Of a stretch of DNA of 64,000 nucleotides, positions 48,808-59,353 are shown in pieces. Under the pieces are notes generated by a model. It was not told where the DNA came from, did not search any database, and saw only the letters and a program-made list of their open reading frames with translations. The translations under genes were made by a program, and so were the position numbers. The stretch lies in contig JACRDB010000098.1 of the NCBI GenBank assembly GCA_016218725.1, positions 7,259 to 71,258 on the forward strand. The letters run 5' to 3'. Origin of the DNA: Deltaproteobacteria bacterium (GTDB lineage: Bacteria; Myxococcota_A; Polyangia; Polyangiales; Ga0077539). Position 1 is the stretch's first letter; every line of letters begins with the position of its first letter.

Positions 48808-49271
48808 CGGGGGAGCCCCAGGGTGAGCACCCGGCGGAAGGGCGCGCCGTAGGGGGCCTCGCAGCGCAGGTCGCTGACCAGTACGCGCTCGCCCCGAGGG
48901 TCCACCGCGCGCTTGTGGCGGCGAAGGACCTCGTCCAGCGCGCGCGAGACCTCCTGGTCGTCTTCGGCGTAGGTGACCAGGGGCTGCGACGCGCGCACGA
49001 ACTCGTCCGCCGTGCGCGCCAGGAGGAGCGCCCTCACGGGGTGCCCCTCGGGCGGAAGCGGCAGGGGCACCTCCTGGCCATCACCTCGGGTCCAGGTGAC
49101 CCGGTGCGCGCAGCGGGCCGTGAGGGGCCCGGCGAACATGCTCCAGGAGAAGCGCGACGAGAACGGCGGCACCCGCGAGGGGCGCGCCCTCGCGAGCGGG
49201 ATCACCACCTGCGCCGCGAGATACAGCGCCGCTACCCACCGCGCCGGCGACCATGTCCGCTGCGGCTCCAC
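48804..49271 (-). CDS. Hypothetical membrane-anchored partner of the HTTM protein
   Basis: One N-terminal TM, RFSWSMFA motif, GTGA overlap with the HTTM gene. Start is approximate. Confidence 0.65.
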   Translation of the reverse strand: MEPQRTWSPARWVAALYLAAQVVIPLARARPSRVPPFSSRFSWSMFAGPLTARCAHRVTWTRGDGQEVPLPLPPEGHPVRALLLARTADEFVRASQPLVTYAEDDQEVSRALDEVLRRHKRAVDPRGERVLVSDLRCEAPYGAPFRRVLTLGLPR

Positions 49272-49327
49272 GAGCTCACCGCCGAGAGTGCTTGCGCTCA
49301 CGCTGGAGTTCCAGCACAAACGACGGG

Positions 49328-50689
49328 ATGGTGGCGTCGTCGCGTGAGGCTCCGGAGCGCTGGCCGGAGCCGTGGTGGAAGCTCCTCGGCCCGCGGTATG
49401 GGCACGTGCTCCACAGCCTCTGCTCGTATATGGGGAGCTTCCCCCCGGGGCTTCCGCGGTATTTCATCGAGCAGTTCACGGAGCCGGGAGACACCGTCCT
49501 GGACCCCTTCTCGGGCCGCGGGACCACCGCCCTGGAGGCGTGCCTCGCCGGTCGCGTCGGCCTCGGAGTGGACCTGAACCCGCTCGCCGCCCTCCTGACC
49601 GACGTCAAGACCGACCCCCCCTCCCGGGAAGCCTGCCTCCAACGCCTCGATGTCCTGGAACGAACCTACACCTACGCACCTGTAGGTGACCGCTGTCCGC
49701 CGGAGATATCGTTGCTCTTTGAAGAGCGTACGACGCTGCCGCAGCTCCTGCACCTGCGGGACAACCTGGACGCGACGGAGCGCACCGATCGGTTCCTGCT
49801 GGCGGCGCTGGCGGGGATCCTCCACGGGCACCACACCCGGGACGTGGAGAACTCGCGGTGTCTTTCCGTGAGCATGCCCAACACGTTCTCCATGGCGCCG
49901 GGGTACCTGGCGCGGTACATCGCCCGGGAGGGGCTCCGGAAGCACCCGTTTGATGCGTTTCACAAGCTCCGGGCCAGGGTGTGGTTCGAGCACGCCCAGG
50001 GGCTCCCGGCGCGGCGTGGCCGCGGGCTCCAGGGGGACGCTCGCAGGCTCGGGGCGGTGGTGCCTCCCGGGAGCGCGCGGCTGATCGTGACGTCGCCGCC
50101 GTACCTGAACGTGGTGAAATACGGCAAATACAACTGGATCCGGCTGTGGCTCCTGGGCGCGTCGGTGCAGGCGCTGGACGCCTCCCTCGACGTGCAGGAG
50201 ACCGACCGGGCGCTGGGCCTCTCGGACAAGCTCCCGCTGCGGGCGTGGAAGACCTTCCTGCGGGACACGCTCCGGGCGTGCGCCGAGGCCCTTACGGACG
50301 ACGGGGTGTGCGTCGTGGCCATCGGGGACGTGACCAACGCCGAGCACGGCGACCACGCCCTGGCCCTGGAGCTCTGGGAGGGCGTGCGCCACGCGGTGCC
50401 GCTCCAGCTCCGGGCGGTGATCACCGACGATGTGCACGCGGGCCGCAAGGTGAGCAAGATCTGGGGCGAGGCGCGCCGGGGCCGCGCCACGCGCACGGAC
50501 CGGGTGCTGGTCTTCCAGCGCGAGGGCGCCCCGTGGAGGGCCCCGAGGCACCCCTCGCCGGAGGCGCTGCTCGCCCGGCTCAAGGCCGACAACGGCGCGC
50601 CGCTCGGGGTGGACGGCGCGCGCAAGGCCCTCGCCCGGAGGCCCCGTCGGGCCATGTGCATCCCGACGGCGACCCCGGAGGTGGGCTGA
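49328..50689 (+). CDS. Site-specific DNA methyltransferase (amino-MTase, N4-C/N6-A), orphan
   Basis: HSLCSYMGSFPP, VLDPFSGRGTT (motif I), GVDLNP, VTSPPY (motif IV). Confidence 0.88.
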   Translation: MVASSREAPERWPEPWWKLLGPRYGHVLHSLCSYMGSFPPGLPRYFIEQFTEPGDTVLDPFSGRGTTALEACLAGRVGLGVDLNPLAALLTDVKTDPPSREACLQRLDVLERTYTYAPVGDRCPPEISLLFEERTTLPQLLHLRDNLDATERTDRFLLAALAGILHGHHTRDVENSRCLSVSMPNTFSMAPGYLARYIAREGLRKHPFDAFHKLRARVWFEHAQGLPARRGRGLQGDARRLGAVVPPGSARLIVTSPPYLNVVKYGKYNWIRLWLLGASVQALDASLDVQETDRALGLSDKLPLRAWKTFLRDTLRACAEALTDDGVCVVAIGDVTNAEHGDHALALELWEGVRHAVPLQLRAVITDDVHAGRKVSKIWGEARRGRATRTDRVLVFQREGAPWRAPRHPSPEALLARLKADNGAPLGVDGARKALARRPRRAMCIPTATPEVG

Positions 50690-50694
50690 GGACC

Positions 50695-51738
50695 CTACGG
50701 GAACGCCAGCACCCGGGCCTCGCCGTAGCGCCGCAGGAGCCGGTCGATGTAGGCCAGGGCGTACCTCCTGCGGCGCTCGTAGCGCGCCAGCTCCTGCTCG
50801 CGCAGGATGGGCTCTCCCTCCACCGCGAAGGGCGCCACCGCGCGCCGCAGGGCCGACCCGTCGGCCACCCGGAGGCGCGCCACCAGCGCCCGCGAGAAGC
50901 GCTGGGCGCGGCGCAGGAGGTGCGCCCCGGCGGCGGTGTTCTCCATGGGGCCGTCGCGCCAGCCCTCGTTGTTGTCCCGGAACACGATGCGGTGGTGCTC
51001 GTCCACGCGGACGTTGTCCGGGTGCCAGCGGTCGGTGTTGGCCTGGAGGTAGTCCAGCACCAGGAGCGAGGCGATGTCCCGCGCTGCGACGGCTTCTTCC
51101 GCCGTGAGCGCCGGCCCCGAGGCGCGGAGCCAGCGGCCCCAGGCGCGCTGTCCGTCCTGCGTCGCCAGGGGCGTGGGCGAGAGCACCGGCATCCAGAAGA
51201 GCACCGAGCCGTAGACCACCTCGGGGGTGTGCCAGGGCTCCAGGTGGTCCTCCGTGGACGGCCTGAGGAGGTCCACGGGGAGCGCCCTGGACGCCACCGG
51301 CGGCACGCGGTCGGAGACGCCCAGGAGCCTCGCCAGGGCCCAGCCCGCCACGTCGTTGCGCCAGAGCACCGGGCGGTCCGTGGTGGCCGGCTTGAAGGCC
51401 ACCAGGAGCCCGTCCCCGAGGTCGAGCTGGAACACCGGCCGCAGCCGCGAGAAGCGCCGTAGCCTCGCCCTCACCGGCCGCTCGGCCATGGCCCGCAGGA
51501 GCGCGTCCATGGGCCACCCGCGCCAGCGCTCCCCCCGGGCCTCCGCCGCGGGGTCCGCGGGTAGGGTGGGGCCGGACAGCGCCGGGGAGGGCGCCGCGGG
51601 AGGCGCAGGGGGCGCGCGTTGCGCGAGGCGTGTGGGCTCCGTACCCGGCGCCCGGTGCTCCGCGGCGTGGGCCGACGAGGCCCCGGAGCGGCACCCCGCG
51701 CACACAAGGCACAGCACCCACGGGAGGCTCCAGCGCAC
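50695..51738 (-). CDS. Secreted lipoprotein with atypical kinase fold (Four-jointed/Fam20/PI3-4K-like)
   Basis: Lipobox CAGC, VAFKP, ALARLLG..RVPPVASR, LLVLDYLQANTDRW, IVFRDNNEG. Confidence 0.7.
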   Translation of the reverse strand: MRWSLPWVLCLVCAGCRSGASSAHAAEHRAPGTEPTRLAQRAPPAPPAAPSPALSGPTLPADPAAEARGERWRGWPMDALLRAMAERPVRARLRRFSRLRPVFQLDLGDGLLVAFKPATTDRPVLWRNDVAGWALARLLGVSDRVPPVASRALPVDLLRPSTEDHLEPWHTPEVVYGSVLFWMPVLSPTPLATQDGQRAWGRWLRASGPALTAEEAVAARDIASLLVLDYLQANTDRWHPDNVRVDEHHRIVFRDNNEGWRDGPMENTAAGAHLLRRAQRFSRALVARLRVADGSALRRAVAPFAVEGEPILREQELARYERRRRYALAYIDRLLRRYGEARVLAFP

Positions 51739-51785
51739 GGGCGCAGGATGCCACGAAGGCCCTCCGCCGTGTTATCTCTTGCGTC

Positions 51786-53204
51786 GTGCAGCGCGCGCTC
51801 GTCGTGGTGGCCCTGGTCGCCTGCCGCGCGCCGGCCGCGGGCGACGCGGGGCGCGGGGATGCCCCGGGGGACCCGTGGGACGCCCCCCCGGAGGACGCGC
51901 CCCACGCCTCGGACCGCGCAGACGCCCCCCTCGACGCCCCTCCCGACGCGCGCTCAGACGTCCCCCTCGACACCCCCCTCGACACCCCCCTCGACGCCCC
52001 CCTCGACGCCCCCCTCGACGCTCCAGGTGACGCCCCCCTCGACGCTCCAGGAGACGCCCCGGACGCGCCCCCGGTGCCCTGCGAGCCCGCGTGCGTCCAC
52101 GGTCGGCGCTGCGCCTCCGGGCGCTGCGAGCCCGCGTGGACGCCCATGGCCACGGACGGGTCCCCCGCGCCGAGGAGCCAGCACGCGATGGCCAGCGCCG
52201 GGCGTGAGGTGCTTGTCTGGGGCGGCACGGACGTCCTCCGGGTCTTTGGCGACGGGGCGAGGTACCACCTGGACACCCGCCGGTGGCGCGCCATGACCTC
52301 GGAGAGCGCGCCTGCGCCGCGCTTTGCGATGGCCTGGGCCTGGACCGGGACGGAGCTCCTGGTCTGGGGCGGCCGAGACGGCGCGGGACAGCCCCTCGGG
52401 GACGGCGCCCGCTATGACCCCTCGCTCGATCGCTGGACCGCGATGACGTCGGAGGCAGCGCCCTCTCCACGCCACGGGCTGGCCTGGGCCTGGACCGGGA
52501 CCGAGCTCCTGGTGTGGGGCGGCACGGGCCCGAGGACCCTCCTCGGGGATGGAGCGCGCTACGACCCCTCCCTGGATCGCTGGAGGCCGATGTCCTCCGA
52601 GGGCGCCCCGGGGCCTCGTACGGGCGCGCAGTGCGCGTGGACCGGGAGGCTCTTCCTTGTCTGGAGCGGGAGCGGCCCGGGGGCGCTCCTCGGTGACGGC
52701 GGCGCCTACGACCCCGAGAGGGACCGCTGGACGGCCCTCCCCACGGAGGGCGCTCCCACGCCCAGGACGCGCGCCACCAGCGTCTTTACGGCGCGAGGGT
52801 GGTTCCTCTGGGGGGGCTTCGGGCCGAGCTCTTCGCAGCGCGGCGACGGGGCCCTCTACGACCCCGCGAGGGAGCGTTGGAGCGCCCTCTCCAGCGTCGG
52901 GGCGCTCGGCGCCCGGGCCGACGCCGTGGGGGTCTCCGCGGGCGGGAGGGTGCTCCTCTGGGGCGGCCTGGCGGTGCGCTCCGTGAGCCCCCCGGCCACC
53001 GAGCGCTTCGGGGACGGCGCCGCCTGGGACGCGCTCCGCGGGCGCTGGAGCCCGCTGGAGCCCCTCGGGGCGCCCAGCGCCCGCAACGAGCACGGGGCGG
53101 TCTGGACCGGCGAGGAGCTCGTCGTGTGGGGCGGGGCCGGGGCCCTGGCGCGCTCGGGCACCGGCGGGAGGCTCCAGCCCGAAGCGAGCGCTTCCACACC
53201 GTAG
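51786..53204 (+). CDS. Kelch-repeat lipoprotein
   Basis: Lipobox LVAC, six repeats of WTGxELLVWGG...GDGARYDPxxDRW. Confidence 0.88.
   Translation: MQRALVVVALVACRAPAAGDAGRGDAPGDPWDAPPEDAPHASDRADAPLDAPPDARSDVPLDTPLDTPLDAPLDAPLDAPGDAPLDAPGDAPDAPPVPCEPACVHGRRCASGRCEPAWTPMATDGSPAPRSQHAMASAGREVLVWGGTDVLRVFGDGARYHLDTRRWRAMTSESAPAPRFAMAWAWTGTELLVWGGRDGAGQPLGDGARYDPSLDRWTAMTSEAAPSPRHGLAWAWTGTELLVWGGTGPRTLLGDGARYDPSLDRWRPMSSEGAPGPRTGAQCAWTGRLFLVWSGSGPGALLGDGGAYDPERDRWTALPTEGAPTPRTRATSVFTARGWFLWGGFGPSSSQRGDGALYDPARERWSALSSVGALGARADAVGVSAGGRVLLWGGLAVRSVSPPATERFGDGAAWDALRGRWSPLEPLGAPSARNEHGAVWTGEELVVWGGAGALARSGTGGRLQPEASASTP
51921..52070 (+). repeat. Intragenic 12-bp tandem repeat (gacgcccccctc) encoding a D-A/T-P-L/G linker
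   Basis: About 12 imperfect units read directly from the sequence. Confidence 0.85.
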
Positions 53205-53230
53205 CGCTTTGGTCTACGTTCCGGCGGCCC

Positions 53231-53944
53231 GTGAGCAGCGTACTTCGGAACATCCTCGACAGCATCCGTCAGCGCCGGAGCCAGCGGCCGGTGGTGATCT
53301 TTGACCTGGACGGCACCCTCTACGACAACCGCCCTCGCACGCTGCGCATCCTCCACGCCTTCGCCGCCGCGCTGCCCGCGGAGCATGCCCGGGACGCCAG
53401 GACCATGCTCCGTGTGACCGCCGGGGACCTCGGGTACAAGCTCGAAGACACCCTCCGGCCGCGGGGCGTGTCCGAGGCGGTGCTGGAGCTGTGCCGCCGC
53501 GCGTGGGCCGCGCGCTTCTTCACCGACACCGCCTGCGCGGATGACGTCCCCCAGCGCGGCGCCGTGCCCTTCGTGCGGCAGTGCTACGACCTCGGGGCCA
53601 CGGTGGTGTACCTCACCGGCCGGGACACCCCCAACATGCTCGTGGGCACCGTGCGCGCCCTGCGAGATGACGGCTTCCCCATCGGCCTGCCGCGCGTGGA
53701 GCTGGTGCTCAAGCCCACCTTCGAGGAGCCCGACACGGCCTTCAAGATCCGTATGCTCGACGCCATGGACGAGCTCGGCGTGGTGGTGGGCACCTTCGAG
53801 AACGAACCCGGCAACGCCAACATGTTCCTCTCCCGTTGGCCCCTGGGGGTGCACGTTCTCCTGGAGACGCAGCACGCCCCGGGGGCCCCCGCGCTGGACC
53901 CCAGGGCCTTCGCCGTGGGGGACTTCACCCTGGACGGACACTGA
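53231..53944 (+). CDS. HAD-superfamily hydrolase/phosphatase
   Basis: VIFDLDGTL (DxD), YLTGR, FK, FENEPGN. Confidence 0.85.
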   Translation: MSSVLRNILDSIRQRRSQRPVVIFDLDGTLYDNRPRTLRILHAFAAALPAEHARDARTMLRVTAGDLGYKLEDTLRPRGVSEAVLELCRRAWAARFFTDTACADDVPQRGAVPFVRQCYDLGATVVYLTGRDTPNMLVGTVRALRDDGFPIGLPRVELVLKPTFEEPDTAFKIRMLDAMDELGVVVGTFENEPGNANMFLSRWPLGVHVLLETQHAPGAPALDPRAFAVGDFTLDGH

Positions 53945-53947
53945 CCG

Positions 53948-54712
53948 GTGGCCGCCTCCGCCGAGGGCGTGCGCATCGACGGCCTCCGCAAGACCTGGCC
54001 CGATGGCACCGTGACCCTCGACGGCCTCTCCCTGGAGGTCCCCAGCGGTGAGGTCGTGGCCATCCTCGGGCGCTCCGGCAGCGGCAAGAGCACGCTTTTG
54101 CGCTGCGCCTGCCGGCTGGTGGAGCCCACCGGCGGGCGCGTCTTCGTCGGCGGCACCGAGCTCACGGGCCTGCGCGGGCGCGCGCTCGCTCGCGCGCGGG
54201 CGCGCGTGGGCTTCGTGTTTCAGCAGTTCAACCTCGTGCGGTCCTACACCGCGCTCGACAACGTCCTGTGCGCCCGCGTCGCCCACGTCCCCTGGCTCCG
54301 CGGCACCCTCGGGCTCTGGGGCGAGGCCGACCGGGCGCTCGCCCGGCGCTGCCTCGACGAGGTCGGCCTCGGGGAAAAAGCCCTCAGCCCCGCCCGGGAG
54401 CTCTCCGGCGGGCAGCAGCAGCGCGTCGCCATCGCCAGGGCCTTCGCCCAGGAGCCCGGGGCCCTCTTCGCCGACGAGCCCACGGCCTCCCTCGACCCGC
54501 ACCTCGCCGAGACCGTCATGGACCTCCTGCGGTCCTATGGCCGCGCCCACCAGGTGCCCGTGCTCGTCAATGTCCACACCGTCGAGCACGCGCGGCGCTT
54601 CGCCGACCGCGTGCTCGGCCTCCAGCAAGGTCGCCTCGTCCACGACGGCCCCGCCAGCGCCCTCGCCGACCGCGCCCTGGAGACCATCTACGGCCCCAAG
54701 GAGGTCCGGTGA
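53948..54712 (+). CDS. phnC: Phosphonate/phosphite ABC transporter ATP-binding protein
   Basis: GRSGSGKST, FQQFNLV, LSGGQQQRVAIARA, ADEPTASLDP, NVH. Confidence 0.9.
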   Translation: MAASAEGVRIDGLRKTWPDGTVTLDGLSLEVPSGEVVAILGRSGSGKSTLLRCACRLVEPTGGRVFVGGTELTGLRGRALARARARVGFVFQQFNLVRSYTALDNVLCARVAHVPWLRGTLGLWGEADRALARRCLDEVGLGEKALSPARELSGGQQQRVAIARAFAQEPGALFADEPTASLDPHLAETVMDLLRSYGRAHQVPVLVNVHTVEHARRFADRVLGLQQGRLVHDGPASALADRALETIYGPKEVR

Positions 54713-56454
54713 AGCGCCTCCTCTGGGTGCTGTGTATGTCCCTGTGGGTGTGTGTCCCACGTGTCGTATACGCCCAGGAGACCGTGCCCGAGGCGGTGCT
54801 CCTGGGCTTCAACCCGGCGGAGAACGCCCAGACGCTCCAGCGCTCGGCGGACGCGCTGGCGGGGCTGCTCTCGGCGCGGATCCAGCTCCCGGTGAGGGCC
54901 GTGGTGACGCTGGACTACACCACCCTGGTGGAGGCGATGCGCAACGGGCACGTGCACTTCGCGTGGCTGACGCCCTCGCCGCTGGTGCTGGCCGAGCGCC
55001 TGGTCGGGGTGGAGGTGCTCCTCACGCAGGTGCGCCGCGGGAGCCCGACGTACTTCTCCGCCCTGGTGGTGCGGGAGGACTCGCGCTTCCACACGGTGGA
55101 GGACCTGCGGGGGCGGAGCATCGCCTGGGTGGACCCCACGAGCACCAGCGGCTTCGTGATCCCGCGCTACCTCCTCCTGGAGCGGGGCCTGGACCCGTCG
55201 CGGTTCTTCACCCGGCAGGTGTTCGCGGGCGGCCATGACACCGCGGTGATCGCCGTGCAGCGCGGCCAGGTGGACGCCGCGGCGGTGTGGGCCGACCCCC
55301 CGGACGAGCGCACCGGCGCCTGGACGCGGTACCTCCGCGCGCACCCCACGCCCAGGCTCCGCCCGATTCTGTACTCCCCGCCGGTGCCCAGCGACGCCAT
55401 CGCCGTGACGCGCGCCTTCCGCCGCGAGCACCCGCTCCTGGTGCGGAGCGTCTCAGCGGCGCTGGTGAGCATCGGTGAGAGCGAGGAGGGCCGAGGGGTG
55501 CTCCGGGAGCTCAACGCCACGGACGGCTTCGTGGCCGCCAACCCCGCCCAGTACGCCCTGGTGCGCCGGGCCTTCGAGGCCACCCGGGACGCCCGCGTGG
55601 GCACGCGCTCCGGGGCCTTCGAGCACCCGCGGGACGTGGCCTTCTTCGGCGCCCTGGTGGCCCTCCTGGCGGTCCTGGCCTGGCTCGGGCGCCGCACCTC
55701 GGGCCCGAGGCTCCGCGTGGCGTCCTGGGCGCTGTTCCTCCTGTGCCTCGGCTGGAGCGCCGCGGCGGCCACGATCCCCGCGGCGGAGTTCGCCCGCGGC
55801 TTCGGGCGCATCGTGGAGTTCCTCCGGGGGATGTTCCCGCCGGACCGGGGCGTGGCCGCGGAGGTCCTGGAGGCCACGGTGCTCACCATCCGCCTCGCCC
55901 TGGTGGGCACCGTCCTGGGCGTCCCCGCGGCGCTGGTGTTGGGCTTCCTGGCCGCGGAGAACGTCACCCCCTCCCGGGGCGTGCGCGCCGCGGCGCGCTT
56001 CGTCTGCAACCTGGACCGCTCCGTGGACCTCTTGATCGTGGGGCTCATCCTGGTGAGCGCCTACGGGCCCGGGGCCTTCCCCGGCGTCGGGGCCCTGGCG
56101 GTGCACACCGTGGGCTCCCTCGGCAAGCAGTTCTACGAGACCCTGGAGACCATGGACCCGGGCCCCGTCGAGGCCATGACCAGCGTGGGCGGCACGCGCC
56201 TCCAGGTGCTGCGCTGGGGCGTCTGGCCGCAGTTCGCGCCGCACTTCGTCTCGCAGGCGCTCTTCCGCTTCGAGCTCAACGTGCGCGGTGCGGTGGTGCT
56301 GGGCCTCGTGGGCGCCCAGGGCATCGGGTTCCTGCTCCAGACGTACATGCGCGGCGCGGAGTACGCCAAGGTCACCGTGGTGGTGGCCGCCATCGTCGCG
56401 CTGGTGATGGCCCTGGACGCCGTCTCGTCCAGGCTCCGCCGCCAGGTGCGGTAG
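54709..56454 (+). CDS. Fused PhnD substrate-binding + PhnE permease protein
   Basis: Signal peptide, DYTTLVEAM, DPTSTSG, GGHD (PhnD), continuing in frame into GSLGKQFYE, GPVEAM, RFELNVR...LGLVGAQGIG (PhnE). Confidence 0.88.
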   Translation: MKRLLWVLCMSLWVCVPRVVYAQETVPEAVLLGFNPAENAQTLQRSADALAGLLSARIQLPVRAVVTLDYTTLVEAMRNGHVHFAWLTPSPLVLAERLVGVEVLLTQVRRGSPTYFSALVVREDSRFHTVEDLRGRSIAWVDPTSTSGFVIPRYLLLERGLDPSRFFTRQVFAGGHDTAVIAVQRGQVDAAAVWADPPDERTGAWTRYLRAHPTPRLRPILYSPPVPSDAIAVTRAFRREHPLLVRSVSAALVSIGESEEGRGVLRELNATDGFVAANPAQYALVRRAFEATRDARVGTRSGAFEHPRDVAFFGALVALLAVLAWLGRRTSGPRLRVASWALFLLCLGWSAAAATIPAAEFARGFGRIVEFLRGMFPPDRGVAAEVLEATVLTIRLALVGTVLGVPAALVLGFLAAENVTPSRGVRAAARFVCNLDRSVDLLIVGLILVSAYGPGAFPGVGALAVHTVGSLGKQFYETLETMDPGPVEAMTSVGGTRLQVLRWGVWPQFAPHFVSQALFRFELNVRGAVVLGLVGAQGIGFLLQTYMRGAEYAKVTVVVAAIVALVMALDAVSSRLRRQVR

Positions 56455-56462
56455 CGCTCACT

Positions 56463-57335
56463 TCACATCCGGGCGCAGGCGCCGTAGCTGGGCGGCCGGT
56501 CCGTCAGGCCCTGGCACATCCGCCCCGCGGGGCAGGTGCTCATCGCCGCCATGGGGTTGCACGCCCGGCGGCAGAACCGGTTGGGCATGGCCATGTCGCA
56601 CATCCCCGGCGACTCTTGAATGCACAGGTACCCCGGCAGGCACGCGCCGCTGGCGCAGCAGGGCATACCGTCCCCCACGGGGTTCATGGACACCGCAAAG
56701 CACGCCAGGGACCCGTCCGCGGAGGTCACCGCGCAGTACGGCCGCTCCATCGGGCAGCCGTTGCCCATCAGCGCCAGCGGGTCGCAGGTGACCGCCTGCT
56801 GGCACACATGGATCATCGTGCCGGTGATGGTCACCGCCCGGTCGCACACGCTCCCGGCGGTGCCCCCCCGCGCTGTGTCCCGGCACGAGGCGTTGTCCCC
56901 CTCGCAGCACATCTTCACGCAGGTGCGCGCCGTGGAGCCCATCATCCCCAGGCACACGAAGCCCTCCCGGCAGTCCGTGTTGCCCATGCACGCCGCGCCG
57001 CTCTCCCGCGTGCCCGCCGCCGCGCACGCCGCCGTGCTCCCGCCGCCCATCATGGCCTGCAGGTAGCACGCCTGCCCCGCCATGGCGCAGCCGGTGTTCA
57101 CCACCGGGTTGCAGGGCCCCAGCATCGCCGCGCAGGCCCCCCCCGATGGCGGCGGCGCCGTGTCCGGCCGGGGCCCCGTGTCACCCGGTACGGCGGTGTC
57201 GGGCGCTGTGGTGTCCTGTACGGCGGTGTCCGCCGTGGCGGTGTCCACCGGTGGGGCCCCGGAGTCCGTCGGTGTGTTCATGCCACTGGAGCACCCGAGG
57301 AAAACGAGCGAGACCACCCAACCCATGCGGTTCAT
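56463..57335 (-). CDS. Cys/Met-rich lipoprotein
   Basis: AGGAGG RBS, lipobox FLGC, DT/DS linker, CNP/CDP-initiated disulfide-rich repeats. Confidence 0.8.
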   Translation of the reverse strand: MNRMGWVVSLVFLGCSSGMNTPTDSGAPPVDTATADTAVQDTTAPDTAVPGDTGPRPDTAPPPSGGACAAMLGPCNPVVNTGCAMAGQACYLQAMMGGGSTAACAAAGTRESGAACMGNTDCREGFVCLGMMGSTARTCVKMCCEGDNASCRDTARGGTAGSVCDRAVTITGTMIHVCQQAVTCDPLALMGNGCPMERPYCAVTSADGSLACFAVSMNPVGDGMPCCASGACLPGYLCIQESPGMCDMAMPNRFCRRACNPMAAMSTCPAGRMCQGLTDRPPSYGACARM

Positions 57336-57401
57336 GCAAGACCCTCCTGCGGAAGCAATACAGGAGCGTAGCACGGCCCGGCGAGGGATCGCCGGAAAGC
57401 G

Positions 57402-59156
<1,755 letters not shown>

Positions 59157-59353
59157 TCACCCGGGGAGGTGCCGGAAGATTTTCCAGGGATCGGGTGTGT
59201 GGTATGGATGCCGCAGCGGAAGGGATGCTCCGCGCGGTCCACGCCGCAACGGGATTTCACCTTAGGCCCCGGCGATTTGCTTGTCAACGAAGGGGGCCTC
59301 CAACACGCGGGTGCATTCCCAAAAACGCAAGCACTTCGGGTATCTTCGGGGGC

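Noticed and set aside
51921-52070. Short repeats that might be a CRISPR array
   Set aside because: 12-bp tandem units with no spacers, in frame in a protein linker; no cas genes in the window.
4384-57335. Alternative genetic code (ATG or another codon read as Lys) to explain missing Lys
   Set aside because: Conserved Lys in PyrG, Pyk, Rho and the kinase motifs use ordinary AAG, and conserved Met positions use ATG.
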